A stretch of 64,000 nucleotides of DNA from Octopus vulgaris (Eukaryota): positions 94,984,001 through 95,048,000 of the forward strand of contig OX597821.1 in assembly GCA_951406725.2 (NCBI GenBank), in the 5' to 3' direction. Below, one piece after another: positions 26,641 to 39,519 of the stretch; position 1 is the first letter of the stretch, and each line of letters begins with the position of its first letter. Under the pieces are notes generated by a model. That model searched no databases. It had not been told where the DNA came from and saw only the letters and a program-made list of their open reading frames with translations. A program made the translations under genes and the position numbers.

Positions 26641-26978
26641 AGGCGCATAGCTCAGTGGTTAGGGTGTCGAGCTTACGATCGTGAGGTTGTGAGTTCGAAT
26701 CCCGGACCGGGCTGCGTGTTGTGTTCTTGATTGAGCAAGACACTTTATTTCATGTTACTCCAGTTCACTCAGCTGTAGAAATGAGTTGCGACGTTACAGG
26801 TACCAAGGTGTATCGGCCTTTGCCTTTCCCTTGGATAACACTGGTGGCATGGAGAGGGGAGGTTTGTATGCATGGGTGACTGCTGGTCTTCCATAAACAA
26901 CTTTGCCCGGACTTGTGCCTGGGAAGATAAATTTCTAGGTGCAATCCTATGGTCATTCATGACCGAAGGGGGTCTCAG
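26641..26978 (+). mobile_element. tRNA-derived SINE family D with a CORE-like domain
   Basis: A box TAGCTCAGTGG, B box AGTTCGAATCC, then TGTTCTTGA...GCAAGACACTT...CAGCTGTAGAAATGAG. Confidence 0.8.
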
Positions 26979-27704
26979 CAATTGAAATTAGCAATGAAGA
27001 ACTACTCGTGTCTTTCTAACATTTTTTTTAAAGCAGCACGTTTATGACAGCATTATCCAACCGTGTTCTAATTTTAAGAGAGTTAGACAGTGACTTGAAG
27101 GATATTTGACTGTTATTTCTAGCATATATCCAGCAACTAGTTAGATACTAATATGAGCTGTGTACAAGCGACGACTGGTTGACTTAGTTATGCAGTGTAG
27201 CAGAACAGAATAGATGAGAGTTTATAGTTAGATTAATAAGTGTGAAGGGGCCATGTTTGACAAAGGCGAATAAATAAATGAACAGACACCCCGCAACTTT
27301 TCTTGTCATAAAGGCAGTAAAATAAAATATTTAAGTATATCAAAGCTCATAGCTTACCATTGTTTCAACCGTTGTAATACAGCAGAGGTGGCGGGAAATA
27401 AATTTAGCATGACGTGGCCTCGCAATGATAAGAGAAGTTACTCAATGTTAAGCTAAATGACCCGCTAAAACAGCGATACCTCAAAATAACTTTTACGTGT
27501 GTGTGTGTGCGTGTGTGCGTGTAAATGGCGTAGGTATTGTTCTAGGGGATTGAGAGTGTGGAGTAGGGAGAAATATTTGTTTTCGTGCATTCGTGCGGAG
27601 GTGAAATGAATAAATGGATATGATTGTTGAGGATCGCTAGAGTTGTGAGTTCAAAATCGCTGCTGATACCTAAACGTATATCTCTGAAAAGGGAACTTTA
27701 TATC

Positions 27705-28148
27705 TCACATACATACGTACATACATATACACACACATACATACACACATACATACATACATACACACATACATACATGCATACATACATACATACATAC
27801 TTACGTACATACATACATACATACGTACTTACATACATGCATACATACATACATACATACATACATGCATACATACATACTTATATACATAAATACATGC
27901 ATACATACATACTTATATACATACATACATACATACATACTTATATACATACATACATACATACATACATAAATACATGCATGCATGTATACATACATAC
28001 ATGCTTATATACATACATACACACACATACATACATACACACACACATACATACATACATACATACATACATACACACACATACATACATACATACATAC
28101 ATACATACTTATATACATATATACATAAATACATACATACATATATAC
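27705..28148. repeat. (CATA)n microsatellite
   Basis: Seen directly in the sequence. Confidence 0.95.
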
Positions 28149-28842
28149 CTACGAGTTTTAAGTCGGTCACCACCTTAGTTCCGGATGACCGAGTTACCTT
28201 TTGCGCGCGCGCGTATGTGCGTGTTCGCACGTGGGCGAGTATGTTTCTGTGTCTATGTACGTATGAATGTATGTACTTAAGAATGTATTTATGTACGTAA
28301 ATAGGAGGATGCATTTCGGACATACGAACGAACGTATGAAGGTAGTAGAATTCATTATCCATTCGAAATAAAGATTGTTCGGTCCCCGCATAAAAGGGCT
28401 GATTTGTTTCGTATTCTTTTCAACGTGGAAGCGTCTAAGCACGGAGAAAATTCATGGCGGTGGAACAATAAGACTCACATCAACTCAACAGATTACGTTT
28501 TATCTGAACAGCAGCATAGCTCACTGAATGTGTTCAACAAATAACTGTATGTAATTCTGAATAAACTGAGGTTATGGCAATTAGCCTCTTCCTGAAGGGT
28601 TAGATTTCCTCAATTTATGCACTTGCAAATTTCATGGTAATTTCTAAATTGCCATAAACATCTTCCCAAGTTGACAGCAGCACTTTCAATTTCTACATCA
28701 CAACAATCAAAACTTTCGCTTTCTTGTACTAAGAAAGAATGGTTTAGAATTTACATCAATCTTATGTTTCAAAGACAATACACTATTGCTTTTCATATAT
28801 CAGAAACATTCTTCATTTCTAATAACATCACACACACACACG

Positions 28843-28938
<96 letters not shown>

Positions 28939-28959
28939 TGTGTGTATATATTCTTTCAT

Positions 28960-29815
28960 TCTTTTACTTGTTTCAGTCATTTAACAGCGATCATGCTGGA
29001 ACAACGCCTTCAGTTGAACAAATCAACCCCAGGGACTATTCTTCGTACGTCTAGTACTTATCCTATCGGTCTCTTTTGCCGAACCGCTAATTTAAGGGGA
29101 CGTAAACACACCAACATCGGTTGTCAAGCGATGGTAATGGGACAAACACAGACAGACAAACATATACATATACGAGGGTGAGTAAAAAAAGTAATGCCAT
29201 TTTGTTTAGGACAGGTATAATTACCGACAAAGGAACATGTATTATACATCAAAATGAAGCTGGTCCTCTGTGGATCACATCCCTACTCAACATAGTCGCT
29301 GTTTCTCTCAATAGCAATGTTCCACCTTCGAATGAGAGCATGTATCCCTGCCCCGTAAAATTTTGTTGACTGTTCTTTGAGCCACTTCTTCGCTACAAAG
29401 TCAAACAGACAACACCTTCTTTCGAAGGCTCGAAACAGGTGATGAAACATGGGTTCATCATTATGAACCGGAATCAAAGAGGCAGTCAATGGAATGGCAC
29501 CACTCTAAAAAGTTCAAGACGCAAAAGTCAGCTAGAAAAATTATGGTGACTGTCTTTTGGGATTATCAAGGTGCCATTCTGGTCGATTTCTTGCCAAAAG
29601 GAAAAACAATAAACTCATAATAAGTTTCATTTTGATGGATTATACATGTTCCTGTGTTGGTAATTATACCTGTCCTAAACAAAATTGCATTACTTTTTGA
29701 CTCACACTCGTACATATACGATGTGCTTTTTTCAGTTTCTGTCCACCAAGTCCACTCACAAGGTTTTGGTTGGCCCGAGACCGTAGTAGAAGACACTTGC
29801 CCAAGGTACCACGCA
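28960..29815 (-). mobile_element. SINE family B split by a mariner-derived insertion
   Basis: 3' half at 28960-29170, 5' half at 29713-29815. Confidence 0.8.
29173..29710. mobile_element. Rearranged non-autonomous mariner with ~85-bp inverted ends and TA TSD
   Basis: CGAGGGTGAGT... / ...ACTCACACTCG; contains TGDETWVHHYEPESKRQSMEW (+) and the transposase C-terminus ...ERNSDYVE* (-). Confidence 0.88.
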
Positions 29816-30324
29816 TATATATATTCGAGATAAATTTGTCGAGTTTTATGTCTCCGTTTTTCAAAAACAGCTTGATTTATTGGCAAACAGTCAATGACGT
29901 TGTTGGATTGTTGGAGCGCATTGAGAGTGTTAGCTTGCTCTTGTCCTCCGTAACGTAGAGGTTCGGCAAAAGATACCGATTGAATAAGTACTGGGATCGA
30001 TTTTCGCACAGTTCACTGACCGAACAAACAAAATATAAATATCGAATATGAGTGGTTGCGCGTGAGTGTATCTTGTTTATTTTATAATTTTTATGGCATG
30101 TCAATTTGGAGATGCTCTTATTTGTTGAGATTATTTCTCCTAATATGGAGCTGGTCTTAACTACCATTTGGTAACTGGGGCACATCCTTTGGAGGTGGAG
30201 ATAGTCCCCATAATTCAAGAATTTATGTTGTATGTTATTTGATATTCCTGTACTTCTCTATGATTTTCATATATGTACATGTCACTGACCACTCTGAGTT
30301 AATTCTCTTAATACATACATACAA

Positions 30325-30497
30325 ATACTTTTTCGATTCAATGAAGTACAGTTTTCGGAGACAATGATTTGGTAGTTGACACAGACGAGGTGAAAGCATC
30401 TATGAAGAAGCAGGAGAAATAGTGTGTACGCCTAAATTTTTCCAAAGAAGATTCAGCAAATGGGTTCAGCGATCGCACTAATGCATTACTTGTGATC
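30325..30497 (-). pseudogene. Cadherin-relic segment
   Basis: FFIDAFTSSVSTTKSLSPKT fits the F-x-ID-xx-TG-x-I-x-T-xxx-LD-x-E pattern. Confidence 0.55.
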
Positions 30498-30631
30498 ATG
30501 GATGGATCTGGAAGCACTCCGTCGGTTACGACGATGAGGGTTCCGGTGATCCGACCAACAACAGCCTGCTCGTGAAATTAACAGCCTGCTCGTGAAATTG
30601 ATCGACCAACGGAACAGCCTGCTCGTGAAAT

Positions 30632-30706
<75 letters not shown>

Positions 30707-30711
<5 letters not shown>

Positions 30712-31253
30712 AAATCCGTTGGAAGGATAATTCCAAGGACAAAGAAATAAGAACCCACAATATGGTAGAAGCCATAATCACTCATAATAAAAAGGAATAC
30801 TGGTGCAATGTACCAGTGAAGACCTCAATAAAATGTAAGCTCAACAGACCTGATATAATGATTTGGAATTGAGAAGAAAAACTGTGCACAGTTGTAGAAA
30901 TTAGCTGCTCTGCAGGTGTTAACATAATGCTGAAGATCAGTGAAAAAGAGATCACCTATGCTGAACTATTGAGAAATCTGCAGTTACTCTATCCAGATTA
31001 CAAGTTCAGGTTTATATCTGTAATTATTGCGGCCCTGGGATATGTAACACACTGCCTAAATACCAATCTTGAGAAATTAGGCTTCTCAAAACCAGAAAGG
31101 AGAAAGCTAATTCGAAGACTACAGATCCAATCCATCACTGGAATTGTAAAAATCTGTAAAACTTTCCAGAAGTCAATCATTTAAATACATATGAGCATGT
31201 CTAGATATGCAACTATATGCACGAGAATACATACATAAAACATACAAATCTGC

Positions 31254-31284
<31 letters not shown>

Positions 31285-31460
31285 TATACATACATACATA
31301 CATACATACATACATACATACATACATACATACATACATACATACATACCTTGTCGTTGATGTTGAAATTCTAATGAAGCAGACTTGGATCTAGGTTAGA
31401 AACTGGTTCTTTCCCTATCGGCAAGAAATCTTGAAATAAACAGAATAATGACAAACATAT
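30707..31460 (+). mobile_element. 5'-truncated RLE-clade (R4/Dong/NeSL-like) non-LTR retrotransposon with 3' UTR
   Basis: NRPDIMIW...VVEISC...EKEITYAEL...VIIAALGY: PD-(D/E)xK restriction-like endonuclease; begins at (TA)n; (CATA)n in the UTR. Confidence 0.85.
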
Positions 31461-32512
31461 GATTATATGTGTATGCCTGTTTGATTTGTGTTAGTGTATT
31501 GTTTGAATTATTTGTGTTGTGTACTTGTATGCCATTCCAAAATTAGAGACAAATATCAGGATTAATTTTCAATTAGAAAAGATGGGAAAACTATATAGTT
31601 TCTTGGAATAGGTACATTCCGGATACAAACTTTTGCAACCAATCAGCAACTAAGATTACTTACTATATCATGCATAGTGAACTCGGTCGGTTCGCATGTC
31701 ATAAGATAAGTAATATATCTCTACCAGACGCGAACATATTGTGTATCGGATTGCTAAATGCTTTATCTAAATAATTTACAAATGCCAAAAGAATTTTATC
31801 TATTCTAGATTTTCCTTCAATTTTCGGTCAAAAAGGAGACTGAAATTCTTTCTACCGACTAAATTTCCTAATTTTTGAATTTCTGAATGACATCTGCAAG
31901 TTTTCTGGTAATTTTTTTTATTATTTCAAGGAAATTAAAAGTATCGGCGGGGGGGTGCATCAAAGTTGACAATAAGAAATATATATATCAGCACGTATAA
32001 GTGTATATGCATATGTGTGTGTGCGTGTGTATACACACATACACATACACACATACACACACACACATGAACACACACATATATATATACATATGCACAC
32101 ACATAAACATACATGCATATACGCAGGCATTTCAAATGTAATAAGATAGCATCATATTTGAAAGCTTACGAATAATTAATATCGTTTGATGCATTTAAAT
32201 ACTTAATCGTATTTAATAGACAGGCCTTGTACAGTTTTTAATGACTTAACTTGTTTGGGTACCGTATTAATGAGTAGTGTCCACATAGATAAACGGTATA
32301 ATGAGGGGAATCTATTTACTTTAGAGATGAATGGATAGAGTAACTGCAAATTTCTCAATAGTTCAGTATAGGTATTCTGACGCCACCAAAATGAACAATG
32401 TTATCCATAATGGCGCGAAATTGTGATGATTTTGGCCCGATGACTGATCAGAGATGAACATGTCCTTGTCGGTCTACTGTCCATTTTTTAATGTGTGTAT
32501 GTGTGTGTGTGT

Positions 32513-32640
32513 GAGTTTTTAATGAACGAGGAAGACAGAAAATGGAGTTCGCAAGAATCTTTATTGAAAACAACAATCGTTGTGTTGAATAAAGGTTCTT
32601 GCGAACTCCATTTTCCATTTCCCTCGTTCATTAAAAACTC
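32513..32640. repeat. Imperfect 128-bp palindrome (hairpin)
   Basis: GAGTTTTTAATGAACGAGG... / ...CCTCGTTCATTAAAAACTC. Confidence 0.85.
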
Positions 32641-33834
32641 AACGAACACTGCGCAATTCTTGAGTTAGATCCACTGACAATAGTATCGTAACTGTGGATG
32701 GCATTAGGTAGCCTAAACAGTAAAAGTGCTCTAATCGGCATACTACTAATCATATAACACAAGTATATATATATATATAGATATATATATATATATATTT
32801 CAAATGAGGAAAAGAAAGAGAAGTGAAATTGACATTACAATTGTTTCTGCAAATGGACAATATCATTTTTCCATACCTCATACAATGTTACACAATTCAT
32901 TCAATGTTATGTAATATACTAGGTCAATCGTGCCTTCAAATCGTGACATCCGAAGAAGTGAACGGCCTATAAGAATATTACGTGGCTTTTATGGGTTTTT
33001 CCACGTGAGACCTTTTCTTTTTTCGAAGCGTCTCCCCTATTGGGAGTTTTTCGTTGTTAAAATTTTTGATTGTTATACTGCTTTTTTACTCGTTTTTTTT
33101 TTTCACAAACGGACAAAACCTTTTGTAACCTTTCGTCCTGTTTTGTCCCTTTATGTTTTCCAATCATATTTGTCAGCCCTTGTGGCCAATAAAAAGAATT
33201 AATTATAATTATTATTATTATATATTTCCATATATCATGGCATTTATCATGTTGCGCTCTCGTATAGGACGTTATTTTACAAGTATGTTCTGTGGAAAAA
33301 AATTGTGTTTCATCTTACATTTAACGAAAAATTTCTTAAAGTTGTTTTGTGGGGGAAAACGTAGGATTTTGAGCGAGAAAATGCAATACAGTATACTAGG
33401 ATAAAGTATATTCAACTTAGTTTCTTCAAATCCAAAATTTAGTTCAGAAAATTCATCAAAAGATAAATCCTGATTTCAAGTTGGGCCTGAATCGAATCTC
33501 TTTTTCACCCTCAATGGGGTCGATAAAATATACTCGGCTTTACAACTGTTTCTGGCTACTAAATTTCACTTAGAAGGCATTCGTCACTCCTAGGTCACAA
33601 TAGGAAACGTCTGCACAACATGCAGTGTAGTGAGATTGAACTTGGAGTTACGAGGTTGCGAAGCGAACTTCTTAACCGTATACTATGTCTGCGACTTCGT
33701 ATATTTTTCTTCCCTTGCGCATTTTTTTTCTTTAAGTCCACTAATGTCCACTTGTTTGTAAAGAAGCAAATGTATTTAATTCTGCTTCCTGTATTAATCG
33801 ATGTTTTACATACACCAAGGCCGTATAAATGAGG

Positions 33835-34550
33835 GGAAGATCTAATTAGTATTCCCTAGTACTTTAGTTTGTCGGCCTGGAAGGATGAATATCATAAATC
33901 AACCTGAACAGGATTTGAACTCAGAACGTAAAGAGATAAAATAATAATGATTTCATACATAAATGCATACGGCCGGAAATTTCAGGTGGGACATAGTCAA
34001 TTAATTTGACCCTAGTATTTGACTGGTACAGTATTTCATCAATCCTTAAAGGACAAAGAAAACATCAACCCCAGCGAGATTGGAAATTAAAATATAAAAG
34101 GGTGTAAAAAAACGCTCTTTTAAGCACAAGGCCAGCAATTTTGAAGGGAGGTAACTAGTCGATTTCCAACTCCAGCAATTGACCGTTGTTTATCATGTTA
34201 GCCTCCGAATAGATGAAAATCAGAGTTGACCTCGGCGGGATTTGAACTTCTAAAGTAAAGCACCGTAACTTAAATACTTCAAAACATTTTATTCGACACT
34301 TTAACGGTTCTGCTAATCCACCTCCCTCAAGGGATGTAATAACATTAATAATTTCTATTATGAACGCCATTCCATAAATTTGGGGAGGCGTATAAATGAG
34401 GAGAACGACCCGAAAACTTAACAGGTATTTTATTACATGGATCCTGGAAAACACGAAACGTTGAATTAAAACTCGGAAAGTAAAAGAATGTATCTAAATA
34501 TTGTAAAACATTTGTTCAATGTGACTCCGGATCTTGCTAGTCCATCACCT
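33835..34550 (-). mobile_element. Several old family C SINE remnants
   Basis: Degenerate GGATTTGAACTCAGAACGTAAA motifs. Confidence 0.6.
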
Positions 34551-34583
34551 CAAATACTTATCAGGTCATCCCATAATTAATTA

Positions 34584-35723
34584 TCAGGTCATCCCATGAG
34601 AATTGTCCGAGTTTTGGTAAGGAAAAAGTGACCTAAGTTTACAGTTTATTAAAATTTAATCCTGTATATAATCCCCATCATTATCGATGAATTTCTTCCA
34701 TCTACTCATTAGTCTTTCAATTCTATTGGTGAAAAAGTCTTTGGGTTTTGATCAGAAGAAGGAAGAGAGGTCGGTTTGAACCTCTTTGAGATTTTGAGTA
34801 CAAATCAATTTAATGATTTTGTGAGCTTCGAAACAAATGGGAATCAGAAGGAGCGAGGTCCGGGGTATAAGGCGGATGAAGGATTTTCCCAACCAAGTTA
34901 TATTTTACTTCTGATGTAATCTTTGCAGTGTGAGACCTTGCATTATCATGAAGCACCACTCTTTTACGATTCGTCAAAGCAGGCCCTTTTTTTTTTTCAA
35001 AGCAGCATCTAAACGCTCTAATTGTTGCCAATAGGTGTGAGCAGTAATTCTTGTATTATTTGGTAACAGCTCAAAGTGGATGACTCTAATGCAACTTCAC
35101 CAAACAGAAAGAAGAACCTTTTTTTCGTGGAGGTCTTTTTGGGGTTGTGGTTTAACCTGTTCTCCACAACTAATCCATTTTTCATCACCAGTCATTCACC
35201 TGCCTAAAAATGGTAAGATACATTCACTCGTGATTTTCGGTTGACTTCTGTGAAATCATGGGGAACCCATTTTCCGAGTTTGGGCAACTTTCCAAGTTGT
35301 TGAAGATGGCGGTGAACATTTGAATGGTTTCGAATTCAACAGGGCGTCCATGTCGTGGCCTCTTTCTTAGGTTGAAATCAGCATTTTAAAACTTTGTAAA
35401 CAATCTTCTGCAACTTCTTTCGCTCAAGCACCCTTCCCTATAAACAGAATGATTATTTCGGGTTGCTTCTGCTGCACTGTTTCCCTTTTTGAACTCCTAA
35501 ATCATTATGTGCTTTAAATGCTCCTTCAATATTCTCATCTTTGAGGGATGAATATTAGTTATTAATTTAGTCAGGATTATTCTGCAAAAACAAATTGCAT
35601 TAAGTTAAAGGTTTCCAAATCCATACGAGTATCAGACAATACCATTTGACATTTTAGAAATCTGTAAAATTTGATAGAAATTATATATATGATATTTAGG
35701 ACAATATTCATGGGTTGACCTGA
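34584..35723 (-). mobile_element. Mariner transposon with both TIRs; transposase pseudogene ~34656-35538
   Basis: TA-TCAGGTCATCCCATGA...TCATGGGTTGACCTGA-TA; peptides WVPHDF, LHDNARSH, HPPYTPDLAPSDSHLF. Confidence 0.92.
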
Positions 35724-35729
35724 TATTTC

Positions 35730-37600
35730 TTAAGATTTCAACTTGTCTCCATCACAAAGAAACTTACAAAAGAGAAATTTCACAAAATATGAAATGGAAT
35801 TCATGGAAAATATATTGTAACATCAGATGTTGACTAATTGTGAAAATATATTATAAAAGCGCTATAAAAAAATAATATTTAGAACTTATGCATTGTACGT
35901 TAGATCTATATTAAAATAGATATAGTAAAAATTGGAGGAACCCAACAGAAGCCAGGACCCAAGACCTTTTACTAGCTTTAGGTAACGCTGGAAAATGCGA
36001 TGAACGTTCATTAAATCAAACCATATATGAATACTGAAAGAATGTAGGAAACCACATTACACCTTTTACAACTACATTTATTTCCTTTTTTCTTATCAAA
36101 TCACATTATTTGCATGACCAACATAATATTTTTATTTTTTCCTTTTCTTCTATTTTCCTTTTTATATTTTAATTACATTTTCCAGCTGTTCTTTTTCTTT
36201 AAATTCCTTTACACCAGGAAGTTCTTTTTAGAAAGATAAGATTAAAAACATCCTAATTGCGAAGCAATGAAGTAGCAATTCAGATAAATCTTGTAAAAGT
36301 AGGTGCCAAAGACTTCTCATCCCTATCGTCTTAAAAAAAATATGGATATCCGAAAAATACAGAAATATCAAGGCTGGAATATGATTGATTCTACATTTGC
36401 CTGGGGCTGACTGAGAGCCAAGCAACAACAAAATCAATTTAATTAACTAATTTCACCGACTTTCTTTTGTTAGTTTATTTTCATCCTTAATTGTATACAC
36501 CACCCGATATATAAACTCTTTTCATCAGAAAACAAATTATTGTATACCATAAGATAATTTGAATTATAATGAAATAGAGTTAACAATGCACTACCTTATT
36601 TCGCTCAGATCTTTTCATTAGAATTGAAAGGAAAGTTTTGAAAGAAATCCTTCTTAATTCGTTGGATGCTTTTCTGCAACTTTGCGTTATTTGTATCATT
36701 TTTATTAGATACTGACATCAAGTTCAGATTAGCATTCAAAGTAGGCATTCTTTCATTTTCCTCAGCAACGGTGACAAGAATATGTTCTCATCACCAGAAT
36801 GTATTTTGGTAGAACGGGACGTGCTCTGGTTTAATAAAACCTTCATTACGAACCGTTAATTAGTATATTTGTGACTGCCCTGTTTTAACATTATTATCAT
36901 ATATTTTCAGATCTTTCATCGTCCCTTGATACTGACTAAATGACCTACAAGTGATTTGTGCGAACAGAGGCTTGTATAAAATGACGTGTGCTGCATCCAA
37001 ATGTGTGATTACTTATACGCTAGCTCCTTATTCCTATTCCAGCGGAATACATCAGAAGGTAAAGAACTTCCAATCTCTAATTACAAACATCTTTCAAACT
37101 TTCCGATTCCTTTACTTGTTACACAAATATCGACTGAAATTAGATGTTTTTATTTCTTTGCTATTTCCTCAGATCAAATGTGATGGAGTATTTCTGTTTT
37201 GAAAGTACTTTGAACTATGTTTTACTACAAAAATATTATTGACTAATTCTCATATGTTTTGGGGGAGTCAGAGCTGGTAACAGAAATATAAAAACATAGT
37301 TTTTATTAAATGGAGGAATTCACTCAGAACTTATTTCTATGCTCTATCGGTCATAGGCATGCTCAGATAAGGTCAGGCTCAAATATTTAGCTGAATTGGT
37401 GAATGAGTAACGAATCGTGTTATTAGCAGATTCACTCTTATATAACCTGAAAATACACAGTTGATTTGTGCGAAGGCAACGAATTTAGAAACTTACAAAT
37501 TTGCGAGTAAAACGTAAAAATAACAATCGATAACATACAAAAGACATACCACATGAGGTTCTATGTGAAGGAATATTGCAAAGTCGTAGTGTTTGCTGAC
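35730..37600 (-). pseudogene. Cadherin-relic segment (best-preserved linkers)
   Basis: ILVTVAEENERMPTLNANLNLMSVS, INVVVKGVMWFPTFFQYSYMV*FNE, YFNIDLT. Confidence 0.65.
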
Positions 37601-37733
37601 TAAAGGGAAAATAAACTAAGATATTGACTCACACTTCGTTTATTAATTTATCTATCAATCATATATATATATTACGGAGATGTACTTGCATAGCAAGTGA
37701 TTTGATCTGAGATCGTGTGCTGAAACGGAAACA

Positions 37734-37949
37734 ATTGTAGCGTGGAAGGTGTTTGTAAGCCATTTAAGAAACACACAAAAGCCGTTCGATTCACTTCAAC
37801 ATTTAAGTTTTATTTGTCAAAATGAACAGTGAACAGGTCGCGGTCTTAAAGCGACGAAAATATTTTGGCAAATTAAACTTAAATGTTGAAGTGAATCGAA
37901 CGGCTTTTGTGCGTTTCTTAAATAGCTTATAAACACCTTCCACGCTGCA

Positions 37950-37951
<2 letters not shown>
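37734..37951. mobile_element. Fold-back element (~90-bp arms) with a hammerhead-like motif (G3-C8 variant) at 37827-37870
   Basis: Arms 37734-37823 and 37862-37951; GTGAACA-G-GTCGC ggtcttaaa GCGAC-GAAAATATTT; abuts (TA)n. Confidence 0.65.
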
Positions 37952-38002
<51 letters not shown>

Positions 38003-38279
38003 CTTCCTCAAACTTGAGCACATCAAATCTAACATACTCCTTTGTAAATAACACTGTCCATTTACCACAGGCTTCTTACGTTTGTCTAGCAAGCCGATAG
38101 TAAGCACAAATAAGTTGTAACCCAGCGTAATATACTGCATGGTTGGTTATCAGTAAATAAACCTCGACCCCGTCAAGACTGCTTGATGAGGAGGGTAATT
38201 TTTGGACATCACGTGGGATAGCAAATAAAACCTCTCAAAGGATTGATGGATTTAATAGTGTCAATAACCATTAAATATT

Positions 38280-39420
38280 ATGCATTTATTCATGTTTAAA
38301 GATGCATAAGATTATATTTTCAGCATTTTGCGCAGAGGAAAATCAACTACCAGACTACTTTCAACGAGCAGAAAGGCGATATCCTTTGACGCTGCTGTGA
38401 GTACACACTTCAGACCACTCTGGGACACATAAACTATGCTGCATCCCTGATATATTCGAGTCGTTTGGGTCACCTTGCCACTGGCATTGAGAGAGTGAGG
38501 CAAGCCATCATGCCCAGCCCTTCCTCACTGTAAACCCCCAGCAAGTTCAGCGTATGTCAGGACCCGAAATTCTTTAAACCATAAACAGATGGCGGGCCTT
38601 TCGTTGCTGCAATCGAATATTTGCAACAATGAAATTCAACCCCTGCAGTAGTTTAATGCAGAAGCAGCCACGAATTTTCAGTTGCATCTTTCATTGTTAC
38701 GGAGTATGAGAGGTGGAGTTTTAGTCATCATCGAAAACGAAAAATAAGCAACTATTCAACTACTATGCTCTTCTACATGAAAACGACATATACACAGTGA
38801 TTGACAATCAGCTCATGTTACTAGTTTCATTTTTTTTAAAATCAGTTTTTATTCGTCTCTTAACAAGTTGTCTCCTGGCGTAGCGGGAGCACTACTAACT
38901 CTAGTCAAAATGTGTTGAAGGCAATTACTTCATGACAGACAAAATGAAGTGTTATATTCAGGGTTTAGTTACGACCTGGTATGTTAATTTTATCAACGGT
39001 TCTGTGGTCCATCTTGTCAGACTTAATTTACTTTGGACGGACACTCAGAATGGAAGTAGAAGAGATGTGAAGAAAATTTATGCCGTTCAAGATTATAATC
39101 AAGTTTAAGCTCGAAAATTATTCAAGCATGCTAACATTACTTCTTTCGTTTTCCGCTTGTTCCATGAATATATAATACAGACGTTCAAAGAAACAGACTT
39201 CCAAATTCATTATTCACCCTCCTTGTAAACCTTCTGTCATGGACACGCTGTAATGAAAGAAACGAAACACCTATCTTTTGCACCTTCCAACAGCCATTTT
39301 TATATGTTTACATTATCTCCGTAATCATTTGCTTTGCTGGATTCCTGTAATGTTCACAGCTGCATTCATAATTTAGTTTCCATAGTGGTTTCTCGTACTA
39401 CACTCACAATCAGAGGCCAA
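38280..39420 (-). pseudogene. Cadherin-relic segment
   Basis: VSVVRETTMETKL, ANDYGDNVNI*KWLLEGAKDRCFV, SYSVTMKDATENS...KYSI, LPHSLNASGKVT. Confidence 0.6.
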
Positions 39421-39519
39421 TTCTACTATGCTGCACTTAATTCTGAATAACATGGAATTAACATATATATTGTGTATTTATTTATATAAACATATATATA
39501 TTGAATATCATTATATTGA

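Noticed and set aside
27240-27480. Possible conserved enhancer (GTCATAAA, TGATAA motifs)
   Set aside because: Short motifs are expected by chance; no support without alignments
30020-30310. 113-aa ORF or possible LINE 5' fragment
   Set aside because: No recognisable domain; could not be classified from the sequence alone
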